From Octopus vulgaris (Eukaryota), in the NCBI GenBank assembly GCA_951406725.2, contig OX597826.1, positions 30,752,001-30,816,000 on the forward strand: a DNA stretch of 64,000 nt. Reading direction: 5' to 3'. The translations under genes and the position numbers were made by a program. The notes beneath the pieces are model-generated. The model was not told where the DNA came from, made no database searches, and was given only the letters and a program-made list of their open reading frames with translations. Below are positions 25,873-41,156 of the stretch, one piece after another (position 1 is the stretch's first letter; every line of letters begins with the position of its first letter).

Positions 25873-25874
<2 letters not shown>

Positions 25875-26070
25875 AGAGGTGCTGAGAAGTTTCTGGCTTT
25901 GTGTAAAATACAGGAGTATCAGTTAATTATGAGTTTATTCAACACATTCTCCTCTCAGATTTACACACATTGCAGCGGTCCTTCAGTTTTTCTAAGCCCT
26001 CTAAAAGAACTCGGAAGGCTGGGCCTCCAACCAGGCCTCTCGCAATAACCTTAAAGCTAGAAAATGTTCA
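25873..26070. mobile_element. Mariner-like terminal fragment
   Basis: GAGGTGCTGAGAAGTTTCTGGCTT resembles a mariner TIR and follows a TA run. Confidence 0.45.
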
Positions 26071-26156
26071 ACATCCTCTCGTATATGTATATGTGTGTGT
26101 TGCTTGTGTGTGTGTGTCTGTCTGTGTGTGTGTGTGTTTGTGTGTGCGTGTGTTTG

Positions 26157-26200
<44 letters not shown>

Positions 26201-26885
26201 AAATACAAGTTAAAAGGTAAATCAAACACTCTGGTCAGATCTTTATAGACGGAATGTTGTTTGTCATTTAATATATTACTTACGGAGTCGCAGCATATTA
26301 ATCATCACACACACACACGCGCACATAAATATATATGTGGTGGAGGAGTTGTATATATGTATGTATATATGAATGTATCACTATGCATGTATGTGTATAT
26401 GTGTATGTGTATGTACGTATGTATATATGTATGCATGTATGTATGTATGTATGTATGTATGTATGTATGTATGTATGCATGCATGTATGTATGTGTGTGT
26501 ATGTATGTGTGTGCGTATGTATGTATGTATGTATGTATTATGTATGTATGTATGTATGTATGTATGTATGTATGTATATATGCGCATATGAGGGTGTAAA
26601 GCATGAGCAATTTTACAGAAAGAAACAAGTACAACAGAGCAACAAAATGATAAAATGATGGGAATAAACACAAATGTTGTATCCAACGTTTATAAACTAA
26701 CAGAAAAACAACAACGTTAATGATAAACTATAGATTTACGAAGCATGCGATCTAACGAGGGTGAATCTACATAGGAATCGTTTAGAAAAAAAACATTTAA
26801 ATACGTAAAGCAAAGCCCCGATATTTGCTTGCAAATATGCAGAAAACATTATTACGGATTGCATATGCACGTGCATACATATTAA

Positions 26886-27098
26886 TCTTTTCTACTCTAG
26901 GTAGAAAGCCTGAAATTTCGGGTGAGCGGGGGCAGTCGATTAGATCGACCCCAGTACGCAGCTGGTACTTGATTTATCGACCCCGAAAAGATGAAAGGCA
27001 AAGCCAATCTCGACGCAATTTCAACTCAGAACATAAAGACAGACGAAATACCGCTAAGCATTTCGCCCGGCGTGCTAACGTTTCTGCCAGCTCACCGC
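26886..27098 (-). mobile_element. SINE family B (alternative tail)
   Basis: Head and body match other family B copies. Confidence 0.85.
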
Positions 27099-27195
27099 TT
27101 TTAAATATTAATAATGGTTTTAAATTAAGTTTGGCACAAGAAATTTCAGGGGTGGAGTAAGTCGCTTACATCGACCCCAGTACTCAACTGGTACT

Positions 27196-27396
27196 TTGCA
27201 CATATCGTCAGCAGCTAAGGGACATACTCAACTGGTTAAGGTCAAACAACTGACAAGAAAATCTGTGGTATTGAGCAGAATATTTGTTGTAGCCCATCTT
27301 TTGTACCAAGACAAAACATTGTCCATGATAAGACTTTCAAATCAGTTAACATCAGAAGCCATGAGAGGCAGTGCTTGGTAGCACATCAGAGCATTT
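27196..27396 (-). mobile_element. Partial copy of the 550-bp (TAA)n-associated element
   Basis: Aligns to 29152-29349. Confidence 0.8.
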
Positions 27397-27471
27397 ATTA
27401 TTATTATAATTATTATTAATGTTGTTGTTGTTGCTGCTGCTGTTGTTGTTGTTGTTCTTCTTCTTCTTCTT

Positions 27472-29628
<2,157 letters not shown>

Positions 29629-29634
29629 TATTAA

Positions 29635-29848
29635 GGCGGCGAGCTGGCAGAAGTGTTAGAACGCCGGGCGAAATGCTTAGCGGTATTTCGTCTGTCTTTA
29701 CGTTCTGAGTTCAAATTTCACCGAGGTCGACTTTATCTTTCGTATTTTTGGGATCGATAAATTAAATACCAGTGAAATACTGGGGTTGATGTAATCGACT
29801 ACTCCCCTCCCCCAAAATTTCAGGCCTTGTGCCCATAGTAGGAAAGAT
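29635..29848 (+). mobile_element. SINE family B (alternative tail)
   Basis: GGCGGCGAGCTGGCAG head, GAGTTCAAATT B box. Confidence 0.85.
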
Positions 29849-30050
29849 TATTAAATTTTAGTAGGAGTAGTAGTACCACCACCACGACTACCACTTCGTA
29901 TTTTATCGTATATTTTATTTTGTTATTATTAGTATTTTCTTGTTTTTAGCTGATCGTTTTATTTTGTTTCTTTTTCTATGAGTTTTCTTTTTGTTTTGTT
30001 TTTATTTTCCCAGGGATTTCCAATATTTTTCTTTGATTCTATGGGTTTAG

Positions 30051-30171
30051 TTAGAAATAGAAAGCCTGAAGCAATGGCATCAAGGAACGTCTTTTATCAA
30101 ACGGAAGTCGAGGAGCAGGTTGTGCACTTTTCATAGCATCTGCAGTTCCTGGCATTGCAGCAGCTGCACAT
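30051..30171 (-). CDS. Candidate terminal coding exon of an unidentified host gene
   Basis: CTAAC..TTTCGGTTTCCTTAG acceptor; frame CAAAAMPGTADAMKSAQPAPRLPFDKRRSLMPLLQAFYF* with mostly A/T third positions; AATAAA at 30001-30006. Confidence 0.3.
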
Positions 30172-30306
30172 CTAAGGAAACCGAAATGTGCATCACTGCC
30201 CCTGTTAGCCTATTTTCCCCCATAAAGGGCTCCTTAAGTATTGGTGTCTATATTTCTATGCAAATGTGTATGTGTTTGTATGTGTACATGTGTGTGTATG
30301 TGTACT

Positions 30307-30388
<82 letters not shown>

Positions 30389-31669
30389 CTTGCATATATA
30401 GCTAAAAGTATATTGGTATTTATGCTCTGTGTGCTCGTGTGTTTATGTATGCATGTATGTACATATACATATATGTATAAACGTATAGGTGTGTATATAC
30501 TTATGCACATATATATATATACTTTATATATATGTATATATATATATATACACACACACATAAATCCATGCATATATGCATACATACATACATTCATACA
30601 TGCATACATACATACATGCATGCATACATGCATACACGCATGCATCTAAATGACATCGAAAAAGAAGAGATACACGTAAACTGTTTGAAGAATAACATAC
30701 ATTTTTATATATTGCTTTTTCAAAACATGAAGGAAAAAAATGTATAGAAAGAGATAGAAATATAAGAAGACAAATATAAAAGAATAAAAAAACACACGAG
30801 AATTGCTGGAGGAAAAAGAGAAAGAAATAAAATTTAAAACAAAAATTAGGAATGAAAAATGAACTTTAAAAAATTCGAGTGTCATACGATATTTGTTTTT
30901 ATTTATTTCTCATCTTTTTAATTCCATGTTTCATTCTTACAGTGTTTTTTTGTTTTTGTTTTCTTTTTTTTTCTTTTTTCGTTTTATGTTTCTTTCTCTT
31001 TTTCCTTAAGCAATTTTCCTTCTTATCTTCTTCATATGTCTTCTAATATTTCGTTTCTCTCTTCTATCCGCCATTTTTTCTTCATTTATTCATAAACAAA
31101 TTTCTGTCATTTTTCTAACAGTTTTTCTCCATGTTTTTCTCTTTTCTTTTTCGATCTTTTCAAAAATTTCCCCTAAGTTCATTTTCTTTCTCTTCTAAAA
31201 CAAACCACCTTTCATTCTTCCAAAATTCTTTCAGTCTTTCATGTTATCCCTTTCAACTACTTCTTAATTCTTAATTTCCAATTTACTTTCATTCTTTCAT
31301 TCCTTTCTTTCACCTGCTTATCTTCTTTGTTGATTTATTTCATTACTCCATTATCTTAATCAACTTTTCCAATCGTTTTATTTTTTCTTTCATTTCTTTC
31401 ATTCGCTCATTCTGTCCAGGTTTTGTTATTTTCTGTTTTTACTTAATAAATTCCATTTTCTTTCTCTATTTCATTCTGAATTTCTTTCTTGATCTATTAT
31501 TTCTTATAGTTCGTTCACCCTGACATCCGTACAGCTTTCATTCATTTATTGAATATAATTATACTATATATTTTCATTATTCTTTAATATTTTCATCTCA
31601 ATATTTCCTCTATATTACTTTGGGTACTACTTCTAATTTTTCTGTTATTTAATATACTTTTACAAATAT

Positions 31670-32105
31670 TTTATCCGCCTATCATTCCACATTTTAACTA
31701 GCTATCATTCTACCATTTATTTTCCTATCATTCCATATTTTATCTTGCCATTACTCCGTCGTTTATCTTTCTATCATACTATAGTAAGATTGACGGTGTA
31801 TTTTACTGTCATTCCATCTTTCACCTTCGTTCATTTCGTAATTTATTGAACATTCATTCCATATACTTTGCTATCATTTTATATTTTATCCTGTTATCCT
31901 TCAATCGTCTATTATGCTATCATTTTATCGTTTATCCCGCTATCATTCCAACGTTTATCTTTCTATTGTTACATCAATCATCATGTTATCATTCCTTATT
32001 TTATCCTGCTATCATTCCATCTCATCTTTTATCCAGTTATCATTCCATAATTTATCTTGTTATCATTCTATATTTTTCCTGTTATTGAGCCACCGTTTAT
32101 CATTC
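31670..32105. repeat. Degenerate ~22-25-bp minisatellite
   Basis: Recurring TTTATCCTGCTATCATTCCAT-like unit. Confidence 0.65.
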
Positions 32106-32170
32106 ATCTTTTTAAAATTAAAAACCAAATTCTTGTTGAATATTTATGATTATTTTCCTTCTATTTTATA

Positions 32171-32741
32171 CAGTAATACCTAATTTTACAAGGACCTGTT
32201 TTACGACACCCCGGGTTAACGAGAATTATTTTTGAAGCTCAAGATCCCAATTTTTTTGACAAAGTGCAAAAGTTTCTACCATAACAAATATTTCTGTGTT
32301 ACCGAGAAATCTATAGAGAACGAAAGAAAGCTTCTTCTAACCAAACAACTCTAGACTTGTTTTTTTAAAAAGAAATCTACAAGTTCGGCTACGAGTGCTT
32401 GTGAATCGGCAATCGCGTCTACAAGTGATGTGTGCGAGTTTAATGCGAGTGAAAGTGATTCAGAAAACGATTATAATAATAGTATTTTTTATTATAAATG
32501 ATCTTGACATACTTTTTATTTTGAATGAAATACTCTTTACATGTTATTGTTGTTTCATCGCAATTTATTTACAAGTATTATAAATCTTATAGGTAACATA
32601 TTTTTCTGGAAACGAATTACGAATGTATAACATTGCTACTACGGGAAATTATCGTTCTGCTTTACGAGTTTTCACTTTGCGAGTTTTCGTTTTACGTGCT
32701 GCCTTCATGTACAAATTAATTGGTATATCGTGGCATTATTG
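32171..32741. mobile_element. Decayed Tigger-like non-autonomous element
   Basis: TA-CAGTAATACC..GGCATTATTG-TA termini and subterminal ACGAGTTTTC repeats. Confidence 0.5.
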
Positions 32742-33019
32742 TATTTCATTTTTGCATCTTCTTCTACGCCATTCCACCATTTAAAAAAAATTCTTTAATA
32801 CATTTTTACTTTCAATATTTTTTTAAAATCTGTTCTTCTGCATTGTATTTGCTCCAGTAACTTTATTGGACTCTTTTGCTTTTTGTTTTGTCGGAAACAA
32901 AATGACACCGGTTCTCAAGTGGTTGTCACAAAGATACACACACACACGCGCACACATATACACGCACATACACACACACAGAGGCACGTACACATGCTAA
33001 CATACATATATACGCACTT

Positions 33020-33088
<69 letters not shown>

Positions 33089-33124
33089 TACATACATATA
33101 CACACGCACACACACACACACACG

Positions 33125-33154
<30 letters not shown>

Positions 33155-33159
<5 letters not shown>

Positions 33160-34091
33160 CAAAACTGGGACAACAAAACATCCAGACAGACGATACAAAG
33201 AAAACAAGGACGGGTCATTCGGAGTTTTCTCTCCTCAGTCGAAGTTCCAGATTATCTTTGCAATTTCGGCTGGTTATATTCGAAATTACTCCAATGTGGC
33301 CAGCCCCAAGGAAAAACTAAGCTAAGAGCATTAGATTCCTTGGAAGAAAGCGAATGTATATGAAAACAAGGACGGGAAAAAAAACGGAGAAATGTTACAC
33401 AAATACAAAGAACAGAACATAACAACAGGTGTCTTTCGACTAAGGAGGAATTAAATTATGCCGGCGTGTGTGGAAGTAAAGCCTTATGGCAGGGACATAA
33501 AATTTGACAGGCACAGGGAGGAATATAGATGTCGCATGGATGGTAGTCAAACCAAGACGAACACCGGTCACTAGAGAGAGAAGAGAGAGAGGTAGAGACA
33601 GAGGGATAGAAGAATTAAGGTGGGGCGAGAAAAAATGAAAGGGACACAGTGAAGTGAAAGAGGAGGGAAAGTGAGCATGAATAGAAGGCCAGGAAATGTT
33701 TGAGAGGGGGAACAAAAGAACGAAGAGTAGAATGAACAAAGTAAGCGTGAAAGGGCTGATAGAAAGAAGGAAAGAATGAAAGAATAGAAAGAATAATAGA
33801 GTCGTACAAAATTTAGATATATTTATATATATACTTAACGTATAAGTGACCAAAGTGTACGTACACCGCTATATTTTATATATATAAAAAATACAAAAAT
33901 GGGACAAGAACGCAAAACATCCAGACAGCTAGATGATACAAAAGAAGGGACAGCAAAACATCCAGACAGACGATACGAAGAAAACAATGATGGGTCATTC
34001 GGAGTTTATCAGCCCTTTCACGTCTACTTCGTTCATTCCACTCTTCGTTCTTTCGCTCTCCTTCTCTCAAATTTCCTGGCCTTCTCTTCAT
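33155..34091 (-). mobile_element. Penelope-like terminus family: long copy, tandem partial copy, inverted segment
   Basis: 33155-33225 resembles 33888-34005; 34007-34091 is the approximate reverse complement of 33678-33761; abuts (TA)n. Confidence 0.6.
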
Positions 34092-34818
34092 TCACTTGGA
34101 ATGGAAAACCCAACATTTGTAAGTGGGGTGGCAGGATAGTTGGAATCAGCTTGCCTCCAACGTCTAATATTCCTATTAAGCTGTGCAAACAGAGGCATTT
34201 GGGACAATGTACAGGCGTTTAAATTCTGAACTTCACGAGCGATAATTGAACGAGGAGCATCACGAGATGAAATAGACTTTACTTTAATATTTAAAACTAT
34301 TATCTTTGCATTTACCTCAACAGCAGTTGAAGTGTGATTATGGATCCCAATCTTCTTAAGCTCTTTATAATTTTCATCTGCATGAAGTCTCGCCTTCCAC
34401 ACACGATTTTCGCACCTCCAGTATATCTTCAATCCATCTGCATTCTGCTTTTTTTTTGTGTGTATATATTATTTCCTTGATCGATCACTTTTATTTTTCC
34501 TTTCTCTGAAGTTATGATTTTGCAGGTAGTCATGTTGATGGGTTGGCGTATTGAATAAATTTAATTCGATTTGCTTGAAAGTCGTTGTTCGTAAACTCTT
34601 CAGGGCAGATACTTAAGAGAGAGAGAGAGAGAGGTGGAGAGGGAGGTTTAAAAAATGAGAAAAAATATAACGGCAATTTTAATTACTAAGTGATTGTTCT
34701 AAGCTTTCCCATGAAAATCACATTTAAGAGTATTTTGGGACGAATTGGCCAGCGACGAATTGACCGGGGACAAATTAACTGACGACGAATTAGGTGGGGA
34801 CGAATTGTCCTAGCACCG
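34092..34818 (-). mobile_element. MULE (Mutator-like) transposon 5' part with FLYWCH-type transposase N-terminus, frameshifted and truncated
   Basis: ATG 34533 MTTCKIITSEKGK.., then KIYWRCENR..ARLH..HNH..NIRRWR; terminus CGGTGCTAGGACAATTCGTCC with five 15-bp subterminal repeats (34737-34811). Confidence 0.85.
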
Positions 34819-35002
34819 TTTGAGTTTACCAGCAAGTGGTTAAAGGATTCAATACTGATTACGCAAACGTGAATGTAACACATACACATGCACACATGTC
34901 CGCTTATTTATGCATATATATGTGTGTGTATATGTGTGTGTGTATATGTGTATGTACGTATGTATGTATGTATATATATATATATATATATACATACATA
35001 TA

Positions 35003-35160
35003 TACGACGGGCTTCTTTCAGTTTCCGTCTACCAAATCCACTCACAAGGCTTTGGTCGGCCCGAGGCTATAGTAGAAGACACTTGCCCAAGGTGCCACGC
35101 AGTGGGACTGAACCCAAAAACCATGTGGTTGGTAAGCAAGCTACTTACCACACAGCCACT
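35003..35160 (-). mobile_element. SINE family A head
   Basis: GTGGCTGTGTGGTAAG..GGTTCAGTCCCACTGCGTGGCACCTTGGGCAAG. Confidence 0.85.
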
Positions 35161-35191
35161 ATATTTGTCTGCGCGCATATATGTTCATACA

Positions 35192-35224
<33 letters not shown>

Positions 35225-35228
35225 GTAT

Positions 35229-35291
<63 letters not shown>

Positions 35292-35319
35292 CATACATAC
35301 ATATGTAGCTACGTATATA

Positions 35320-35513
35320 ATCCTTTCTACAATAGGCATAATGCCTGAAATTTTGGGGGATGGAGCCAGTCGATTACATGACCCCAGTGCGCAACTGCTT
35401 CTTAATTTATCGACCTCGAAAGGATGAAAGGCAAAGTCGACCCCGCCGGAATTTGAACTCAGAGCGTAGCGACGGGCGAAATACCGCTAAGCATCTCGTC
35501 CAGCGCACCGCCT
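35320..35513 (-). mobile_element. SINE family B (alternative tail)
   Basis: Matches family B body and tail. Confidence 0.8.
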
Positions 35514-35690
35514 TCTAGCTTCATATATAATGCATACAAACATATGTAGTACATATATACAAAAACAAATATACTTATACATACACATGCATATACATGC
35601 TCATTCATACATACAAGCATACATCTTTACACACATACTTACACACACACATACATACATACATACATACATACATACACACTCATACAC

Positions 35691-35732
<42 letters not shown>

Positions 35733-35902
35733 ATTTTATTCTTTATCTACAATGAATTGTTAACAGATTTGTATTCACAAATGAACAAACATAAAGAGAG
35801 TGAAATAAAATTACTGAAATACGAAGCATTCAACTGAAAATGATACGCGCCAAAATTTCACAAACTACACAAAATGGACAAATAATCCATACAAAGCAAT
35901 GC

Positions 35903-35935
<33 letters not shown>

Positions 35936-36204
35936 TACATGTGTGTGTGTGTGTCTATATAGGAATATAAAGCTTTATATTATAATGTTATACATAGAGC
36001 TAACTATACATGGAATAAATAAAGTATTCGGGAAGCGTTGGAAACAGGAAGGACTTTGTTTCTTTATCTCACATTTGAACATCTATCGTTGTAGTTTCCG
36101 TTTATTTATTTTTTCTCTTCCTCTTCTCCCTCCCTCTCTCTCTCTCTCTCTCCTTCTCTTTTCCCTCTCTTTCCTTTTCTGCATCTCTGTCTGTCTGTTT
36201 ATTG

Positions 36205-36267
<63 letters not shown>

Positions 36268-36355
36268 AAACTATCTATCTATATATCTATCTATCTGTCT
36301 ATCTATCTATCCATATCTATTTATCTAACCTCTTCCACTATATGTATTTATGTAC

Positions 36356-36440
<85 letters not shown>

Positions 36441-36479
36441 GAAATATAAGGAAAGGAAAAAATTGTTGTAAGTGTAGAC

Positions 36480-37560
36480 GAACTTCAATTCCATTGAAAT
36501 CCAAGCTGGTACAGAACCAATATAAATTCTGCAAATTGTTTCGGAATCTAATGAACAGTATTAGGCGCGCTAGTTGCTGCTTTCAATGCCGCCCCACAGC
36601 TCTCACAGCGGTTGTTCCCAATGAGTCCTTGCTTCCGTGGGGCATCCGTCGGTTTCTTCAACAATGTTTACGTCGCAGCAATCCAAACATTTCAAATCAT
36701 GAGAGTTAAGAAACGACATTGAGGGACCACATGAAAGGGCAAATTCTTGTCCAGCCACCCTTGCGTTACAAGGGCCACGTGAGAGGAAGCACATTTACGC
36801 TGGAACACGTCCACTCCTTCTACTTCCTCAATCCTAACGTGAAAAAGTCTTCGAGGCAGGTAATGGGATTTATCCCGCGGTCTCACTAGAAGTGGATCGA
36901 CATGACATGGCCCCTCGTTTCTCTCAAATCACACGACCATCTGAAATGACAGGAACTTGATGCGCGACCCCGTGGATACCCTTTTAAATACAGAACTGAA
37001 TACAGGGCTACCCGTCGGTACTCTTTATCTCCTTCTGAACTTGAGCTTCGGTCAGTGTCAGAACTGGAGAGAAACCAGAATCTGGCGGGGTTCTTGTATC
37101 GCTGGATCATGTTGAGAAATGCTAGAAACCCGTCTTCGACTGAAACGTACGATTCTTTTGGTTCTGACGTTCATCATGTATGACTTCTACATTATGCCCT
37201 TAATGGAAAACACGTCTGATAGACCACCTGCCCTGCATGGCGCTGTCCCTCAACGGCATGCTGGCGTAGTCGTTCATGATGCTTTCAACTTAGGTGAACT
37301 CGGTCGACTTAAGCACATCTGACCCATAGGAACGCTACATTCTATCCGTCACGAAAGGCATGTCCTCGGCAGAGGCCTCTGGTACTTCGTCGATCACGAA
37401 CACAATGGATACTAAGTTCAAGAAGCTGGCGATCTCCGGGGTTTTCAGCTAGAACCACGAGCGCTGCCTAGCTTTACACAACTAAAGTCGGAACGAAATC
37501 TGTCATGTTGATGCTGTAAAGATATTCTGGAATACAAACGAGTAATGTAAATTTAGCTCG
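36480..37560 (-). pseudogene. Unidentified decayed coding-like relic
   Basis: ~1.1 kb of high-complexity, GC/CpG-elevated sequence; protein-like broken frames such as PEIASFLNLVSIVFVIDEVP and VSVEDGFLAFLNMIQRYKNP. Confidence 0.3.
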
Positions 37561-37843
37561 GGTCAATAGTGTACTTTTGAGCCAGAGGAGGGGAAGGTGA
37601 CAAGCTAAACTCAGAGGCTGCTCCGGGCGGCACACACTCTAATTACGCTATAGCACATTCCACGTGACTTTTCGTTAAGTCGTCTTCTGTTCATGACCCA
37701 CTAAAATTTAATCCACGACTATTCGGCGTACCCAGCATACACCCACATGCATGTTCCTGTAATGGGTGTCTAGTTGTAGGTTTATGATAGCGTGTATATT
37801 TGTGCATTCATCTGTGTGAATTCGAACAAAGAAATATATATAC

Positions 37844-37890
<47 letters not shown>

Positions 37891-38012
37891 CATACACATA
37901 TAGGAAAGTCACAAATTAGAAGGCTTAATATCCCCAATAAACATTAAACAGACACAGCTGCTACTTATCTCCTTCTTTTCACTACTGCTCTTTCTCTGTT
38001 CTTTCGTATACG

Positions 38013-38122
<110 letters not shown>

Positions 38123-38463
38123 GCACGCACACACACACACACACACATCGGTGGTGACGGATTTTATTAACGCATATCGCTGGCTGTTAATAACGCTATT
38201 GAAGACGCTCACCAAGGCAGAAATGCATCAAGTGATCTTACTCCTAAGATGAATTTTGCCCTCCCTCTGATATATATGCATATTGTATTTTCAAACTCGG
38301 TACGTCCATAAGAGATACTATCTCCGGACGAAAACCACAGTAAGTTTTTGCCTATCACAATGTATTTACACTAATCTAATGCTGCTTGTGTTACATATAA
38401 CGGATATACACACACCTCACACACACACACATACGTATATGTACATATATATATATATATATA

Positions 38464-38544
<81 letters not shown>

Positions 38545-39032
38545 TTGTCTATTAGCTATCATTTTACCTTCTCTGTTTTCAGACATGTTAAAACCATTTA
38601 AGTATATCGATTTGCTAATTCTGGCTCGAAAAAGATTGATCTGGAGACAGATAAAAGTGATCAAAGATAAACGATAAGGAATCACTGACGAAAGAAAATG
38701 CCAGAACTTAAAACGATGAAAGAACTGATTCCGCAGATACGCCAAAAAAATGAAAGAATATGAAGAACATCAATGTATGAACAGTTCGTATTTCCACTGA
38801 AGATTTCAGTTTCTAAAGACAACGGCAAAGATAATGGAAATAAACTTATACGCGGAAATGTTTGTTTATTTTAGAAAAGTATTTGCTAATTGTTTGAATT
38901 TAACTATTGGGAAATATTTAGATTGTTTTGTAAAAATATATGTAGACGATATAAAACCGTTTTTCAAAATTTTGCATTCGAGATAACTAAACAGTTTATA
39001 TTGATGTTATGTTTCGGTGATGTCCAATACAT

Positions 39033-39146
<114 letters not shown>

Positions 39147-39184
39147 GTCTGTCTGTCTATATACATATATAATATATCTGTCTG

Positions 39185-39244
<60 letters not shown>

Positions 39245-39735
39245 ACTATATATAAACTATATATATATGTAGGTATATATATAGGGTAAATGGAGAAAAT
39301 ACCAAGAGGGTGAAGAATGTTTCTTGGGAACAAAAATAGGAACATTTTTTTTATAATGGAAATATGCCGTTGTTAAGGGGAACCATCAAAGAAGGCAGAT
39401 TTAATTTGTTGGAAATTGTTGGAGAAGAAATGATGAAGTTGTAGGTCATCAGTTTCTATAGAAACCAATATATGGTAAATGAAGAATTAGACCTTGTCGA
39501 ACATTTAAGTTGTGTTTTGATGGCGGACGCAAATTTTCATGAGAGAAAAAAAGCTGTGTTGCTGAGATGATGGAGGATTGGGAAGTATGGAGGAGAACGG
39601 TCAATAGGACCCGGCTGCGTTTGACATGGCATAATATCTCGTGGAAAAGCTTTCGGTAAGAGAAATATTTTTGGAATAAGCTATGTAGATTACTGATTTT
39701 TAACATCGGTATTGGGTCACACACTTTTGAAGATA

Positions 39736-39966
39736 TATTTCTTTATTGCCCACAAGGGGCTAAACATAGAGAGGACAAACAAGGATAGACAAACGAATTA
39801 AGTCGATTATATCGACCCCAGTGCGTAACTGGTACTTAATTTATCGACCCCGAAAGGATGAAAGGCAAAATCAAACTCGGCGGAATTTGAACTCAGAACT
39901 TAACGGCAGACGAAATACCGCTAAGCATTTCGCCCGGCGCGCTAACGTTTCTGCCAGCTCGCCGCC
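39736..39966 (-). mobile_element. SINE family B monomer
   Basis: Full head to AAAGAAATA tail; TGAAGATA repeated on both flanks. Confidence 0.9.
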
Positions 39967-40159
39967 TTTTTATGAAGATAATCAAATAAAATGATCTCGT
40001 AGTTGTTCGAGCCCTTTAACGACTTTAGAAGTTTACCATTGAGAGACTTTAAATCAAAGTGTAAAGTGATATGATTAAACAGCACAAAACATTTGTACTA
40101 CATTCTAATAAATCTGTGAAACCATTGCCATTGAGTTATATCCAATAAAACTATATATA

Positions 40160-40399
40160 CATGTTTGGTCAAAAGTCACCTGACATTAAGTTAAAACCCA
40201 TTTAATTCCAAGATTAAAACAAAAAATTATTTTATATGAGACTTCGCGAATAAATAGGCAAATGTTGAAAAAGAAAACTGATTTTGACTCACAGCATTCT
40301 CAATTATTAAACATTGATAATTGGAATGAATAAATAAAACTGAATATTAAGTATTTATGGAATTTTGATTTACTGTCGGGTGACTTTTGGTCAACCCTG
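40160..40399. mobile_element. Tc1/mariner-type MITE
   Basis: ~30-bp TIR CATGTTTGGTCAAAAGTCACCTGACA / TGTCGGGTGACTTTTGGTCAACCCTG; TA flanks. Confidence 0.85.
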
Positions 40400-40667
40400 T
40401 ATACGTCCATCAAAAGCCTACGGTTCTTTAATCCGGGGATTATCCCGATTTTCATGGCATAAAAGCATCTGAGAAGGTAAAATACTTCTCCCTTGGATGG
40501 AACGCAAGTCGATCACGAGGTTAATCACTAGATGCTGCTGCTGCTGATGATGATGTTGCTGCTGCCGCTGCTGTTGTTGCTGCTATTGCTCTTGCTGCTG
40601 CTGATGTTGCTGCTGTTGCTGTAGTCGTTGTGGCTGTTGTGGTTGCTGCTTCTGGTATTATTCATTT

Positions 40668-40785
40668 TCGTCTGAGTAGACTGTAGCAACGTGAAAATGA
40701 AGTGCCCTGCTCAAGGACACAACGTGTCTTCTGGTCCAGGAATCGAACCCACGATCAAATAAACGTAAGGTTAGCGCTCTAACAA
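40668..40785 (-). mobile_element. SINE family D head fragment (another at ~21055-21151)
   Basis: GGTTCGATTCC B box followed by GTGTCCTTGAGCAGGGCACTT. Confidence 0.6.
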
Positions 40786-41067
40786 GTTATATACAATATC
40801 GATTACTAATTCGATCTTCAAATCAGTGGTTTAATTAGAAACAAAAGGCAAGGAACAGAGAGGCTATTTGGATTACATCCCCTGAGTCTCATCTCGTCTC
40901 TGTTTCTTTATCTGTCCGTTTATCTGCTTATCTAAGTGTCTGGCTATCTGTCCACCAATCTCTCGGCCTGTCTATCTCTCTGTATATCCGTCTGTCTACC
41001 TATCTGTCAGTCTATCTCTCTGTCAATTTGTCTGTCGATCTGATTATCTTTCTAGCTATTTGTCCAC

Positions 41068-41156
<89 letters not shown>

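Noticed and set aside
30097-30171. Metallothionein-like MCSCCNARNCRCYEKCTTC frame
   Set aside because: Probably a shifted reading of GCA/GCT Ala codons; very short, and its ATG sits directly at a splice acceptor
33205-33245. CTGAGGA..CGAA hammerhead-like motif on minus (also ~24435-24470)
   Set aside because: GAAU instead of GAAA and no stem I pairing in either copy
34737-34811. CRISPR-like regular repeats (also 31670-32105)
   Set aside because: 15-bp MULE subterminal units or a minisatellite; no spacers, no cas genes, eukaryotic context
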